Below are positions 9,857 to 22,427 of a stretch of DNA of 64,000 nucleotides, one piece after another. The notes beneath the pieces are model-generated. The model saw nothing but the letters and a program-made list of their open reading frames with translations. It ran no database searches and had not been told where the DNA came from. Within the stretch, counting starts at the first letter, position 1. Each line of letters begins with the position of its first letter. A program made the translations under genes and the position numbers. The DNA is from an uncultured Gammaproteobacteria bacterium (GTDB lineage Bacteria > Patescibacteriota > Microgenomatia > Levybacterales > GWA1-39-11). Where the stretch lies: contig CAYYLC010000001.1 in NCBI GenBank assembly GCA_964472415.1, positions 239,194 to 303,193 on the forward strand, given 5' to 3'.

Positions 9857-10888
9857 ATGAAAAAATCTCCGAGAAAGAAGAAAATACTGTTTCTTGCAAG
9901 ATTGTTCTTTCCTCATATCGGCGGTGTTGAGAAGCACCTTTTCAAAGTATCGGAAAAACTTCAACAGCTTGATTACGAAGTTACGATCATTACGGAACAG
10001 TATGATAAGTCTCTCCCACTCCGAGAGGATCGATATGGACTTTCCATAATTCGGATACCTACTTCTTCAGGGGAAAGAATGAAAAAATTTCAGATCTGGA
10101 AATGGATGATAAGAAACAGAAGTTTTATTAGCAAATTCGATATTATCCACGTCCATGACGTATTTTACTGGTTATATCCATTACTTATAGGATTAGATAG
10201 GAAGAATATCTTTATGACATTCCATGGATATGAGGGTTATCCAATCACACTTCGTCAAAAATTGCATCGAAAAATTGCCGAAAAATTATCTCGGAGGAAT
10301 ATCTGTGTTGGAGATTTTATGAGGAAATGGTACGGGACAAATCCTGATATAGTGATATATGGTGCAGCAGAGGAGAATACTTCGGAAGCAAATAGAATAA
10401 AGAAGTATTCAGCATTATTTTTTGGGCGCCTGGATGATCAGACCGGTATTGAAGAGTATTATGCTGCTTTTCAGAGAATTAGAAAAAAATATAAGAATTT
10501 CGTATTTCAGGTGATAGGTGAGGGTAAATATAAGAAAAAGTTAGACGGAGTGCGGGTTAAGCCATTTGATAAAGAAGTGGATAAAAAAATTACTCAATTC
10601 CAGTTTGTATTTGTATCACGGTACCTTTCTATGCTTGAGGCTATGCTGAACAGGAGAGTCATTATTGCAGTATATGATAATCCAGTGAAGCGAGACTATC
10701 TCTACGATTCACCTTTTGCAAAGCATATTGAAATCTGTAAAAGCTCTGATGAAGTGTATCAGAAAGTAGATTTTTACATCAATAATCCCCAAGAAGAAAA
10801 GAAAAAAATAGAAGCTGCATATAGATGGGCAAAAAAGCAAACTTGGGAAAAGGTAGCACAAGACTATAGAAATTTATGGAGCGTATGA
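9857..10888 (+). CDS. Glycosyltransferase family 4 (GT-B, GT1-like)
   Basis: FPHIGGVEKH N-terminal motif and a C-terminal E-x7-E-like region; first gene of the glycan locus. Confidence 0.75.
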   Translation: MKKSPRKKKILFLARLFFPHIGGVEKHLFKVSEKLQQLDYEVTIITEQYDKSLPLREDRYGLSIIRIPTSSGERMKKFQIWKWMIRNRSFISKFDIIHVHDVFYWLYPLLIGLDRKNIFMTFHGYEGYPITLRQKLHRKIAEKLSRRNICVGDFMRKWYGTNPDIVIYGAAEENTSEANRIKKYSALFFGRLDDQTGIEEYYAAFQRIRKKYKNFVFQVIGEGKYKKKLDGVRVKPFDKEVDKKITQFQFVFVSRYLSMLEAMLNRRVIIAVYDNPVKRDYLYDSPFAKHIEICKSSDEVYQKVDFYINNPQEEKKKIEAAYRWAKKQTWEKVAQDYRNLWSV

Positions 10889-11829
10889 AAGTTGGATTTA
10901 TCGCAACAGTTCTTAATGAAGAGAAGACTATTGTACAGTTTCTGGATTCCTTACGAAACCAGACCCTTATCCCGGCAAAAGTCATAATAGTAGATGGAGG
11001 ATCGAAGGATAGAACACTCGATCTTATTAGATCTCATAATATACATACAAAAACCCAAGTCCAGGTTTTTCAAAAAAGAGGGAATATTTCTACTGGGAGA
11101 AACTTTGCTCTCAGAAAAATAGATACAGATATTATTGCAATATCAGACGCTGGGTGTGTTTTAGAGAGAAATTGGGTGAAAAATATTATTGAACCATTCC
11201 AGAAAAAAAATATTGAGATAGTTGCAGGGTTTTATAAGGGACATTTTGAGAATAACTTTCAGAAAAATTTAATTCCTTTTGTATTAGTAATGCCCGATAG
11301 GGTGCGCGATGATTTTCTTCCGGCAGCCCGTTCCATGGCAATACGAAAAAAAATTCTTAAAGATGTTGGGTATTTTTCAGAAAAGCTACCCTATTCAGAG
11401 GATTATGAATTTGCAAGACGGCTTGTGAATCACAACAAAAAAATATTTTTTGCAAAAGAAGCAATAGTTTCCTGGGCACCAAGGAGTAATTTACGGGATA
11501 CATTTCTGATGTTTTATAGATATGCGTATGGAGATGTGCTTGCTGGAACTATTCGGCCTAAAGTCATAGCTCTTTTCGTAAGATATTTTATTATATTTTG
11601 TTTGATTATTTGGGTTCTAACCAAATCTGTATTACTTTCAGGCGTTCTTGTTGCTGCATTTTTTATTTTTTATTCTTTATGGGCAATTTCAAAAAATTAT
11701 AAATATGTTAGAAATATATCTGCAGTTTTCTATTTGCCATTATTTCAATTCATTTCTGATATAGCAGTTATAAATGGTACAATTTTAGGAGGAATAAAGA
11801 ATTTATGGGCTACACAAGAGCAACGATAA
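10876..11829 (+). CDS. Glycosyltransferase family 2 with a C-terminal membrane segment
   Basis: VIIVDGGSKDRT and the DxD-containing region AISDAG; GT-A fold signature. Confidence 0.8.
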   Translation: MERMKVGFIATVLNEEKTIVQFLDSLRNQTLIPAKVIIVDGGSKDRTLDLIRSHNIHTKTQVQVFQKRGNISTGRNFALRKIDTDIIAISDAGCVLERNWVKNIIEPFQKKNIEIVAGFYKGHFENNFQKNLIPFVLVMPDRVRDDFLPAARSMAIRKKILKDVGYFSEKLPYSEDYEFARRLVNHNKKIFFAKEAIVSWAPRSNLRDTFLMFYRYAYGDVLAGTIRPKVIALFVRYFIIFCLIIWVLTKSVLLSGVLVAAFFIFYSLWAISKNYKYVRNISAVFYLPLFQFISDIAVINGTILGGIKNLWATQEQR

Positions 11830-13025
11830 AAGGCATCTCATGGATTGCCGGAATTCGAGGCATAACACGAATTATCTCAATAGCGCGGACTGCCATTCTC
11901 GCACGTATTCTTACTCCAAGTGACTTTGGGTTTTTTGCAATTGCGTCACTTGTTCTTACGCTTGTGGAACTTCTTACGGAAACTGGAATAAATGTTGTCT
12001 TAACTCAGAAGAAGGAGGAGATTAATAAATATATTGATACTGCTTGGGTAGTATCAATTCTTCGTGGAGTCTTGATAAGTATGGCCATTTTTATAGCTGC
12101 GCCTTTTATTGCCTCCTTTTTTAATGCAGCGGGAGCGAAGAATTTATTGCTTCTTATTAGCATCGTGCCATTAGTAAGAGGATTTATAAATCCGTCGGTT
12201 GTGAAATTCACAAAAGATTTGCAGTTTAATAAAGAATTTTTTTACCGGGTATCAATTTTTAGTATTGAGTACATGGTGTCTATTGTGTGGGCGATTTTTT
12301 CTCCGTCTGCAGAGAGCCTTGTGATGGGGCTTATTGCAGGTGCTATGATTGAAGTGTTTCTTTCATTTATTCTTGCAAGACCATTTCCGAAAATTTCATT
12401 TGAGAAGAAAAAGTTTTTCGAGATTATTCATGTAGGGAAATGGCTTACTTCTGCAGGTTTGTTGAATTTTGGGTTTGTGAATGGGGACGATATTGTAGTT
12501 GGGAGAGTGCTTGGTGCTACTTCACTGGGATTATACGATATTGCGTATAGATTTTCGATGCTTCCTATTACTGAGGTTTCAGATGTTATTGGGAAAGTGA
12601 CATTTCCTGTATATGTAAAAATTGCAGAAGACAAAAATCGATTATGGAAGGCGTTTCTTAAATCATTTTTTGTTATTGCTGGAGTTTCAATATGTATTGC
12701 AAGTGTTCTCATACTATTTCCTGAGCTCATTATTAAAGTGGCGCTTGGGGATCAGTGGGCAAGCGCTGCACCGATCTTACAGATTCTTGCAATTGTCGGG
12801 ATGTTTCGTGCCATAATTTTTTCCTTGATGACCCCACTTTATGCTTTGGGACTTCAGAAAAAAATGACAATTATTACAGCCGTTAGTTTTATTGGGATGA
12901 TTAGTGTGATTGTCCCCTTGGTATATTATTTCGGTGTTTTGGGAGCGGCATATGCATCTTTGTTTGGAACGATTATCACTCTGCCATATGTGGTGTATCT
13001 CGGAAAGACAATTTTTAAAGTGTAG
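11805..13025 (+). CDS. Polysaccharide/oligosaccharide flippase (MOP/Wzx family)
   Basis: 406 aa with about 12 predicted TM helices and a Wzx-like N-terminal region. Confidence 0.7.
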   Translation: MGYTRATIKGISWIAGIRGITRIISIARTAILARILTPSDFGFFAIASLVLTLVELLTETGINVVLTQKKEEINKYIDTAWVVSILRGVLISMAIFIAAPFIASFFNAAGAKNLLLLISIVPLVRGFINPSVVKFTKDLQFNKEFFYRVSIFSIEYMVSIVWAIFSPSAESLVMGLIAGAMIEVFLSFILARPFPKISFEKKKFFEIIHVGKWLTSAGLLNFGFVNGDDIVVGRVLGATSLGLYDIAYRFSMLPITEVSDVIGKVTFPVYVKIAEDKNRLWKAFLKSFFVIAGVSICIASVLILFPELIIKVALGDQWASAAPILQILAIVGMFRAIIFSLMTPLYALGLQKKMTIITAVSFIGMISVIVPLVYYFGVLGAAYASLFGTIITLPYVVYLGKTIFKV

Positions 13026-13044
13026 GTGTTAAGGGGTTCTATCT

Positions 13045-14439
13045 ATGAAAAAGTACTTTTCTATCCATCGTTTAGTTTTTTACTTTGCTCTGATTTTTTT
13101 TGTAATTTTTTATCTATATGGCATTTCTTCTAATATGGTTTTCTTTGGAGATCAGGCATGGTTTTATATTTCGGCGAGGGATTTAATCTTAGGTAGAGAA
13201 TTTCCATTGTTGGGTATTACATCTAGCCATACTTGGATTCATCAGGGGCCAGTGTGGACATATATGTTGGTTCCGGGATTTTTAATCTCCAATTTCCACC
13301 CTTTATCAGGAGTGTATTTATCAGTTGTTTTTGGAATTTTAAGTCTCATTCTTGTATATAAAATTGGGAAAGATTTTTTTTCGCAAAGGTTTGCCATAAT
13401 CTTTTTCCTTTTATATGCATTTTCTCCACTTGTAGTGTTTCACGTACGGCTTTCCTACCACACATCTCCTATCCCATTTGTTGTATTGGGATTGTTCTAT
13501 GCAGCAGGCAAGTGGGTGCAGGGAAATGTGATATATTTTCCCTTAACGCTTTTCGCATTAAGTCTTTTATATAATTTCGAATTGGCAACGGTTATATTCG
13601 TTCCCATAATTTTGTTTCTTCTTCTGTATGGGTTTTTTAAAAGAGAGAAGTTTGTGAGTGGGCTTAGGAGTAAAAAAATAATATTTTTTTCAATTCTTGC
13701 AGTTTTTATTCCTATGCTTCCTATTCTTATTCACGATGTGCAAAATGGCTTTCCTCAAACAGTGGTATTTGCTGGGTGGTTTGGGTATAAATTGTTGCAA
13801 TTTATTGGCATTTTAGAAAAAAATAGCGTTGATAATAGTTCTTTTCAGGAGGGAGTTATTTTTTTCTTTCAAAAATATAAAGAACTACTCTCTGTTCCTT
13901 ATCAATATATTAGTGTGACGGTTTTTCTTGCAAGTGTACTATTTTCGATATATAAAGTTTTTACAACAAAGAACTTTATTTCACCTCTTGGGATAATTCT
14001 TTCATGTACATGCTTAGGCTTACTAGCTTATTTTCTGTCTGGAGTCCCATCAGAGGCATATCTTGTCATGCTGTTTCCAGGGTTGATATTTTGTATTTCT
14101 CTTTTAATTTATGGCTTAAGGAGAAATATTATAATAGGTTTTGTTCTATTTATTTTAATTATTCTCAATGTATATTACATTATTTCTACAAATTATCTAA
14201 CAAAAGGGAAAGTGACAATTTCGAAAAAAATAGCTGTTACTGAAAAGATTTTTCAAAATACAAATGGAAAGAAAGTGGAATTGTTTTATAAAGGCCCTGG
14301 TCAAGAGTTTAAAAGTTCTGTGATGCCATATGAATATTTATTGTGGTGGAGAGCTGGGATAGAAAGCGATCCTGATGGAAAAAGGTGGATTATCAAAGAA
14401 TTGAGAGATACTGTTGTGGTAGAAGAGTTTTATCGGTAA
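13045..14439 (+). CDS. GT-C fold glycosyltransferase (ArnT/PMT-like, GT39/GT83-type)
   Basis: Polytopic membrane protein with an N-terminal loop FFGDQAWFYISARD that resembles the DE-x-RYA-x-AR motif of ArnT/PMT enzymes. Confidence 0.55.
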   Translation: MKKYFSIHRLVFYFALIFFVIFYLYGISSNMVFFGDQAWFYISARDLILGREFPLLGITSSHTWIHQGPVWTYMLVPGFLISNFHPLSGVYLSVVFGILSLILVYKIGKDFFSQRFAIIFFLLYAFSPLVVFHVRLSYHTSPIPFVVLGLFYAAGKWVQGNVIYFPLTLFALSLLYNFELATVIFVPIILFLLLYGFFKREKFVSGLRSKKIIFFSILAVFIPMLPILIHDVQNGFPQTVVFAGWFGYKLLQFIGILEKNSVDNSSFQEGVIFFFQKYKELLSVPYQYISVTVFLASVLFSIYKVFTTKNFISPLGIILSCTCLGLLAYFLSGVPSEAYLVMLFPGLIFCISLLIYGLRRNIIIGFVLFILIILNVYYIISTNYLTKGKVTISKKIAVTEKIFQNTNGKKVELFYKGPGQEFKSSVMPYEYLLWWRAGIESDPDGKRWIIKELRDTVVVEEFYR

Positions 14440-14450
14440 TATTAGAGCAT

Positions 14451-15185
14451 ATGAAATTATCTGCAGTAGTTATTGTTAAAAATGAAGAAAAAGATATAGA
14501 AGACTGCTTAAAATCTTTATTATTTTGTGATGAGATAGTTATCATTGATGATGATTCTATAGATAAAACTACAAAAATAGCAAAAAAATATAACGCAAGA
14601 ATTTACCGGAAAACGTTAGCTTCTTTTTCAGATCAGAGAAATTACGGGCTTGAGAAAGCATTACATGATTGGGTTTTATTTATAGATGCCGATGAGAGAG
14701 TAGGAGGGGATTTGCGAGAAGAAATTAAAAATGCTATTTGGAAGGAGTATGATGGGTACTTCATAAAACGAAATGATTTTTTTATTGGGAAAGAGCTTAA
14801 GTATGGGGATTTAAAAAATGTATGGCTGATGCGCCTCGCTAATAAAAAAATGGGGAAGTGGGAGGGTAGAGTTCACGAAGTTTGGAAGATAAAAGGAAAA
14901 ACTGGGAAGTTGAAAAATTCTATTATGCATAATTCGCATACTAATCTTAAAGAGTTTATTCAGAAGATAGACCTCTATTCTACATTGCGCGCTCATGAGT
15001 TAAGAGAAGAAAAAATACCATCGAGTTTGCTCTCAATACTTCTTTATCCATTATCCAAGTTTGCTAAGTTGTATATCTTGAAGCTCGGATTTTTGGATGG
15101 GATCCATGGATTTGTTCATGCAGTTTTTATGAGCATGTATTCCTTTTTAGTTCGTGCAAAGCTATATCTTCCCAATGAAAATTAA
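14451..15185 (+). CDS. Glycosyltransferase family 2
   Basis: MKLSAVVIVKNEEKDIEDCL...IIDDDSIDKT. The start is moved to the internal ATG at 14451; the longer ORF from 14385 overlaps the previous gene. Confidence 0.8.
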   Translation: MKLSAVVIVKNEEKDIEDCLKSLLFCDEIVIIDDDSIDKTTKIAKKYNARIYRKTLASFSDQRNYGLEKALHDWVLFIDADERVGGDLREEIKNAIWKEYDGYFIKRNDFFIGKELKYGDLKNVWLMRLANKKMGKWEGRVHEVWKIKGKTGKLKNSIMHNSHTNLKEFIQKIDLYSTLRAHELREEKIPSSLLSILLYPLSKFAKLYILKLGFLDGIHGFVHAVFMSMYSFLVRAKLYLPNEN

Positions 15186-15254
15186 AGTTATGCCTTTTTT
15201 TAGTTCTGGTATCCGGTCTGTTATGTGTGGTAGATTATTGTTTTATATTTTTGT

Positions 15255-16445
15255 ATGAAGAGAATATCAAATACTCTATTTTTTCTAGTTGTGGCGCTTA
15301 TGTTTTTGTCTTCGTTTGGAGTGTTGCTAAGATTTTCGCCAGTAGAGAATGTGTATATTTATCCTCACGATATTGTTGTTGGAATAATAGCTCTTTTGGG
15401 AGTAATTTATTTTTTCTTCTCGAAAAAGAAGAAGAATTTTCAAAAGATTTTTTCTATCGTTATTATTTTTAATATTGTCTCTCTGCTTTCATTATTCTTA
15501 AATTTTTCTCTTCAAAGAAGTGAGCTGATAACGTCGTTTTCGTACCTCTTAAGGTTTGATGCGTATGTAGCACTTTTATTGCTTGCACTTATTCCATTTT
15601 CAAAATCTCAAATGAGAATCCAAAGAGGGCTTTTTATCGGAATAACAATCTTTATTGTGATATTTGGTTTTTTTCAATATTTTTTCTATAACAATTTACG
15701 CAATCTATACTATCTTGGTTGGGATGAGCATTTATATAGGTTATTTTCAGTATTTCTTGACCCGAATTTTGCCGGTTTATTCTTTGCGCTTTTTCTCCTT
15801 GTGCTCTTAGGGCATTTTATTTTTGAGTTTGGATATAATAAATATTTGTATGGTGGAGTATTTGCATTGACTTTTGCAGCTCTGCTTCTTACTTATTCAA
15901 GAACAGCACTTATCTCGTTTTTTTGCGGTGCAGTATTTTTACTTTTGATAAAAAGGAAATATGCTATTTTAGGATGTGGAGTTTTTGTAATGATAGTAGG
16001 AATCCTTTTAGTCTCTGATTTTTCAATTGAAGGAATGAACCCACTAAGGATTGCGTCGAGTGAGGCAAGAGTTCGATCATTTCAGGAATCCTTTTCTATT
16101 TTTCAGAATAATCCTATACTAGGCGTTGGGTTTAATGCATATCGATATGCACAAATAGATGCAGGATTCCGAAGTGAACATGCTCAATTTCCGAGTAATG
16201 CCGATGCAGGAACTGATAATAGCTTGCTTTTTGTTTTAGCGACAACTGGCGTAGTGGGATTTATAGTGTATGTGTTATTTTGGATTCAAATAATAAAACT
16301 TGGTGTTACTTCTCGCAAAAAGGTATCTTTTATAGCAATTATTCTTACTTTTTTTATAGGGAGTCAATTTATTAATGCGTTATTTTTTACACCACTTTTA
16401 TTGTGGGTATTTTTATATACAGTTTTTTTTGTAGTTAGAGACTAG
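15255..16445 (+). CDS. O-antigen ligase/polymerase-like membrane protein (Wzy/WaaL family)
   Basis: About 10 TM helices plus a periplasmic loop carrying the YSRTALISFF region typical of the O-antigen ligase (Wzy_C) domain. Confidence 0.65.
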   Translation: MKRISNTLFFLVVALMFLSSFGVLLRFSPVENVYIYPHDIVVGIIALLGVIYFFFSKKKKNFQKIFSIVIIFNIVSLLSLFLNFSLQRSELITSFSYLLRFDAYVALLLLALIPFSKSQMRIQRGLFIGITIFIVIFGFFQYFFYNNLRNLYYLGWDEHLYRLFSVFLDPNFAGLFFALFLLVLLGHFIFEFGYNKYLYGGVFALTFAALLLTYSRTALISFFCGAVFLLLIKRKYAILGCGVFVMIVGILLVSDFSIEGMNPLRIASSEARVRSFQESFSIFQNNPILGVGFNAYRYAQIDAGFRSEHAQFPSNADAGTDNSLLFVLATTGVVGFIVYVLFWIQIIKLGVTSRKKVSFIAIILTFFIGSQFINALFFTPLLLWVFLYTVFFVVRD

Positions 16446-17173
16446 TCTTCGTAGGTAACTTTTATCTCTTTCGTGTTTTTGATTCCAGCTTGATTTACTG
16501 ATTCTATTTTTAAAATGTTCTCTCCTTCATCGAGCTCTAAGAGATAAGAGAATTCACCGTTTTTTTTGACAACTGCACGGAAGCCATTTATAGTAACAGA
16601 GTTATTCTCTTCAGTCTTACCGCTTATGGTAATTCGTCGATCTGCTTTTTTAAAGGTAGAACCATCCGAAGGGTGTGTGATTTCGAGTCCTGGTTTTTCT
16701 GATGTGAGGATAATTTCATGATCATCTGAAAGATTACTTTCTCTATCATCAGTTTGGTATTTTACATTGAGTATATTGCTACCACTTTTAAGATTTACTT
16801 TTCGGAATGTGAAGTTGCCGTTGGATCCTAAATTCGTTTTGTTTACTTCGCTATTGTTAACATAGAGGATGACGCGACCATCTTCATAGGGCGAATTTCC
16901 ATGAATGGTAATTTCTGCGCTTGAGGTAGCATCGGGGATGTTTATTAAATCTGGAGCGGCAAGAAACTCCTCACTAATATCTTCGACAGTTATATTTTCT
17001 TCATCTCCTCGTATTCCAAATACTAAATTACCGAATAGGTTGAGAAAAAATCCTGCAAATTGAATCAGAACTGCGATAACTATAATTGTCCCAATCCCAA
17101 ATATAAGAAATTGTTTTTTACTTTGCTTTTCGGCGTAACGGGTAAGTCTGGATGATCGCTTCTTTCGTGCCAT
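16442..17173 (-). CDS. Membrane-anchored protein with two bacterial Ig-like domains
   Basis: N-terminal basic stretch plus a TM helix, then two beta-rich repeats of the type ITI(H/S)G...VTING..A.V..NG.F.....L.EGEN.L. Confidence 0.5.
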   Translation of the reverse strand: MARKKRSSRLTRYAEKQSKKQFLIFGIGTIIVIAVLIQFAGFFLNLFGNLVFGIRGDEENITVEDISEEFLAAPDLINIPDATSSAEITIHGNSPYEDGRVILYVNNSEVNKTNLGSNGNFTFRKVNLKSGSNILNVKYQTDDRESNLSDDHEIILTSEKPGLEITHPSDGSTFKKADRRITISGKTEENNSVTINGFRAVVKKNGEFSYLLELDEGENILKIESVNQAGIKNTKEIKVTYED

Positions 17174-17177
17174 AGGC

Positions 17178-17582
17178 TCACTGTCTTCGTTTTATTTTAT
17201 CAGCAACTTTTAGTTCCATAATAGCCTTTTGTAGTTGTTTTTCCGCCATTATAAAATCTATTTCACTATCTCGTCTTTTCATTCTGTCTTCAGCACGTTT
17301 TTTTGCATCTTGCGCTTGTGCTACCTGGATATTTTCTGCCTTTACTGCGTGGTCTGAAAGAATTGTAATACTGTTATTTTTTATCTCTACAAACCCACCT
17401 ACAGTGGCGATGATTTGTTCTTTTATGCCTTTTTGTATAGAAATAATTCCCTCAGTCATTTTTGTAAAAAGAGCTATATGGTGAGGGAGAATGGTAATCT
17501 CACCCTTTTCAGTAGGAAGAGATACTTGATTTACAGAATCATTGTAAATTGTGCCTTCAGGAGAGACGACGCTTAGGTTCAT
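17178..17582 (-). CDS. atpC: ATP synthase F1 epsilon subunit
   Basis: 134 aa; MNLSVVSPEGTIY...ITILPHH is the epsilon N-terminal beta-sandwich. Confidence 0.85.
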   Translation of the reverse strand: MNLSVVSPEGTIYNDSVNQVSLPTEKGEITILPHHIALFTKMTEGIISIQKGIKEQIIATVGGFVEIKNNSITILSDHAVKAENIQVAQAQDAKKRAEDRMKRRDSEIDFIMAEKQLQKAIMELKVADKIKRRQ

Positions 17583-17585
17583 ACG

Positions 17586-19840
<2,255 letters not shown>

Positions 19841-19843
19841 AAT

Positions 19844-21361
19844 TTATTTGAGAAATGTTTTTTTGAATGTTTTTAATGATTCGTCAAGTTCTTTTTGCAT
19901 CTTTTCATCAATTTTCTCTCCTTTTTCGAGACTGCCGATGAGTTTTTTATTTTTAACTTTTACAAAATCTATGAATTTTTCTTCAAATTCCAGAATCCTT
20001 TCTACCGGGACGTCATCAAGCCCTCCAGAAGTGGCGGCATAAATAGAAATGGTCTCAGAGGCTTCATCGAGTGGTGCGTACTGCCTCTGCTTCAGAATCT
20101 CAGTAACTCGTTTTCCACGCTCAATCTTCTTTTGAGTTTCTTCGTCGAGGTCACTTCCAAATTGTACAAAAGCTGCAAGAGATCGGTACTGTGCAAGCTC
20201 TAATCTAAGCGGAGATCCGACTTGTTTCATGGCCTTAGTTTGCGCTGCGCCTCCTACTCGAGATACTGATTGTCCGGCGTTGATTGCGGGTATAATTCCA
20301 CTATTGAATAAATCATTTTCTAGGTAAATTTGCCCGTCGGTAATAGAGATTACATTTGTAGGAATATAGGCAGAGCTATCTCCTGCCTGTGTTTCTATAA
20401 TTGGAAGTGATGTAAGTGATCCTCCGCCTAGTTTTTCTGACATTCGTGATGAACGTTCTAGAAGGCGTGAGTGAAGGTAAAAAATATCTCCTGGATATGC
20501 CTCACGTCCTGCAGGGCGCCTAAGGAGCAGTGAGAGTTGACGGTATGCCCATGCATGCTTTGATAGGTCGTCATAGACCACAAGCACGTCCTGACCTTTT
20601 TCCATGAAGTACTCACCGATTGCTGTTGCGGTAAAAGGTGCAAGGAATTGGAATGCTGCAGGATCTGATGCACTTGCAGCAACCACTATGCTGTAGTCTA
20701 TTGCGCCTTCAGATTCGAGTCTGCCTATGATTTGTGCGATATTGCTTCGCTTTTGTCCTATTGGGCAATATATGCAAATTACTGGTTTCAAGCCAAGATC
20801 GTGCTTCCTTTGGTTAATAATCGTATCTATTGCAAGCGCAGTTTTTCCCGTATTTCTATCACCGATAATAAGCTCTCTTTGGCCACGGCCGATTGGGATC
20901 ATTGCATCAATTGCTTTAATACCAGTTTTGAGTGGCGTGTCGACTGGCTCTCGTTCTACAATTCCAGGGGCAATTTTTTCTAATGGATATGCGTCTCCTT
21001 TTAGCTCAATTTTCTTTCCATCAAGGGGATTTTGGAGCGGATCAATAACTCTTCCAATAAGATTATCTGTGCCAATGATAGAGAGAATTTTTCCAGTAGA
21101 TTTCACTTCGTCTCCTTCTTTAATTGTTGTAGTATTGCTAAGCAAGATTATTGCCGCATAATCTTCATCTAGGTTAAAGGCAAGTCCGGTTGTTCCATTT
21201 TTAAATTCGACAATCTCTCCAAATCCGACTCGAGAGAGTCCGCTTACCTGTACAATTCCATCTCCAACCGTTTCTACGTACCCGACATTTTCCAATTTCG
21301 GATCGTGGTTTACCGATGTGAGTCGTTCTTCTATCTGTTTTATAAGTTCTTCTGTTTTCAT
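19844..21361 (-). CDS. atpA: ATP synthase F1 alpha subunit
   Basis: Walker [10 protein letters not shown]; 505 aa. Confidence 0.95.
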   Translation of the reverse strand: MKTEELIKQIEERLTSVNHDPKLENVGYVETVGDGIVQVSGLSRVGFGEIVEFKNGTTGLAFNLDEDYAAIILLSNTTTIKEGDEVKSTGKILSIIGTDNLIGRVIDPLQNPLDGKKIELKGDAYPLEKIAPGIVEREPVDTPLKTGIKAIDAMIPIGRGQRELIIGDRNTGKTALAIDTIINQRKHDLGLKPVICIYCPIGQKRSNIAQIIGRLESEGAIDYSIVVAASASDPAAFQFLAPFTATAIGEYFMEKGQDVLVVYDDLSKHAWAYRQLSLLLRRPAGREAYPGDIFYLHSRLLERSSRMSEKLGGGSLTSLPIIETQAGDSSAYIPTNVISITDGQIYLENDLFNSGIIPAINAGQSVSRVGGAAQTKAMKQVGSPLRLELAQYRSLAAFVQFGSDLDEETQKKIERGKRVTEILKQRQYAPLDEASETISIYAATSGGLDDVPVERILEFEEKFIDFVKVKNKKLIGSLEKGEKIDEKMQKELDESLKTFKKTFLK

Positions 21362-21363
21362 AG

Positions 21364-21711
21364 TTATAGCGCTTTGAGATTGTTTTTAACAAGCCCGGAT
21401 ACAGTATAATTGACTACTAGGTCATTGTCGACTATCTCAATGCCTCCTCCCAATGTTGCATCGTGGATATACTGGATATTTTTATCTGCATATTTTTTTT
21501 CTAACTCCCGTTTGATATTATCAGGAATAGTTCCGGCGTGTTTCACTGTGATATTTTTGTGTGCATATGTTTTTTTCAAGTTCCTTAAGAACATTTTGAG
21601 TTCTTCTTTGCTAAGATTCTTCAAAATATAATCAGTAAGTTTTCTATCTATGTTTCCATCTTTTTCGATTGCTTCTTTTGTAATAAATTGTAGTGTTTTG
21701 TTTCGTATCAT
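21364..21711 (-). CDS. atpH: ATP synthase delta (OSCP) subunit, unusually short at 115 aa
   Basis: Sits between atpF and atpA with an ATGA start/stop overlap with atpF. The C-terminal part resembles OSCP, but about 60 N-terminal residues of a normal delta are missing. Confidence 0.6.
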   Translation of the reverse strand: MIRNKTLQFITKEAIEKDGNIDRKLTDYILKNLSKEELKMFLRNLKKTYAHKNITVKHAGTIPDNIKRELEKKYADKNIQYIHDATLGGGIEIVDNDLVVNYTVSGLVKNNLKAL

Positions 21712-22208
21712 AGTGATTTTATTCTTTCTAGACTTCTTTTCAGGATCTCATCTCGTTCCTTGTTCGTAAAGAGTTCTGATATTACATTTCTCAAGATTTT
21801 TTCTGATGCTTGAATTGCAATATTTGAAATATCCTTTTCGATTGCGGCCTTTTCTAGTGTTGCTTGTTGTCGGGCATTTTCTATTATTCTTTCTGCTTCT
21901 TTTCTGGAATCAGTAAGAATTCTTTCGCTTTCTAGGAGGGCACTTTTTTTTGCACCGTTAACAATTTTTTCACCTTCTTTTGTAGCTTTTGCAAGGATAG
22001 TATCGCTTTTTTCCTCAGCAAGAGCCAATGCTTTTTCAGCATTCTCAGCATCTTCTAGTCCTTTTCGTATATCCTCCTCGCGTTTCTTGACCATTTTTAG
22101 TAATGGTTTGTAAAGAAACTTTTTAAACAAAAAGGCAAGAATAAGAAAGTTAATAATTTGTGCTACAAAAAGCCGCAAATCAAATCCGAATTCTGATAAT
22201 ATTTCCAT
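21708..22208 (-). CDS. atpF: ATP synthase Fo b subunit
   Basis: N-terminal TM helix then a long charged coiled-coil; 166 aa. Confidence 0.85.
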   Translation of the reverse strand: MEILSEFGFDLRLFVAQIINFLILAFLFKKFLYKPLLKMVKKREEDIRKGLEDAENAEKALALAEEKSDTILAKATKEGEKIVNGAKKSALLESERILTDSRKEAERIIENARQQATLEKAAIEKDISNIAIQASEKILRNVISELFTNKERDEILKRSLERIKSL

Positions 22209-22217
22209 AATTCCTTT

Positions 22218-22427
<210 letters not shown>

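Noticed and set aside
14385-14450. Longer N-terminal extension of the second GT2 (start at 14385)
   Set aside because: The extension overlaps the end of the GT-C gene and has no glycosyltransferase similarity. The internal ATG at 14451 gives the canonical MKLSAVVIVKNEE GT2 N-terminus.
15227-15472. 81-aa ORF overlapping the 5' end of the O-antigen-ligase-like gene
   Set aside because: It is an alternative frame of the same AT-rich region; the 396-aa membrane protein frame is clearly the coding one.
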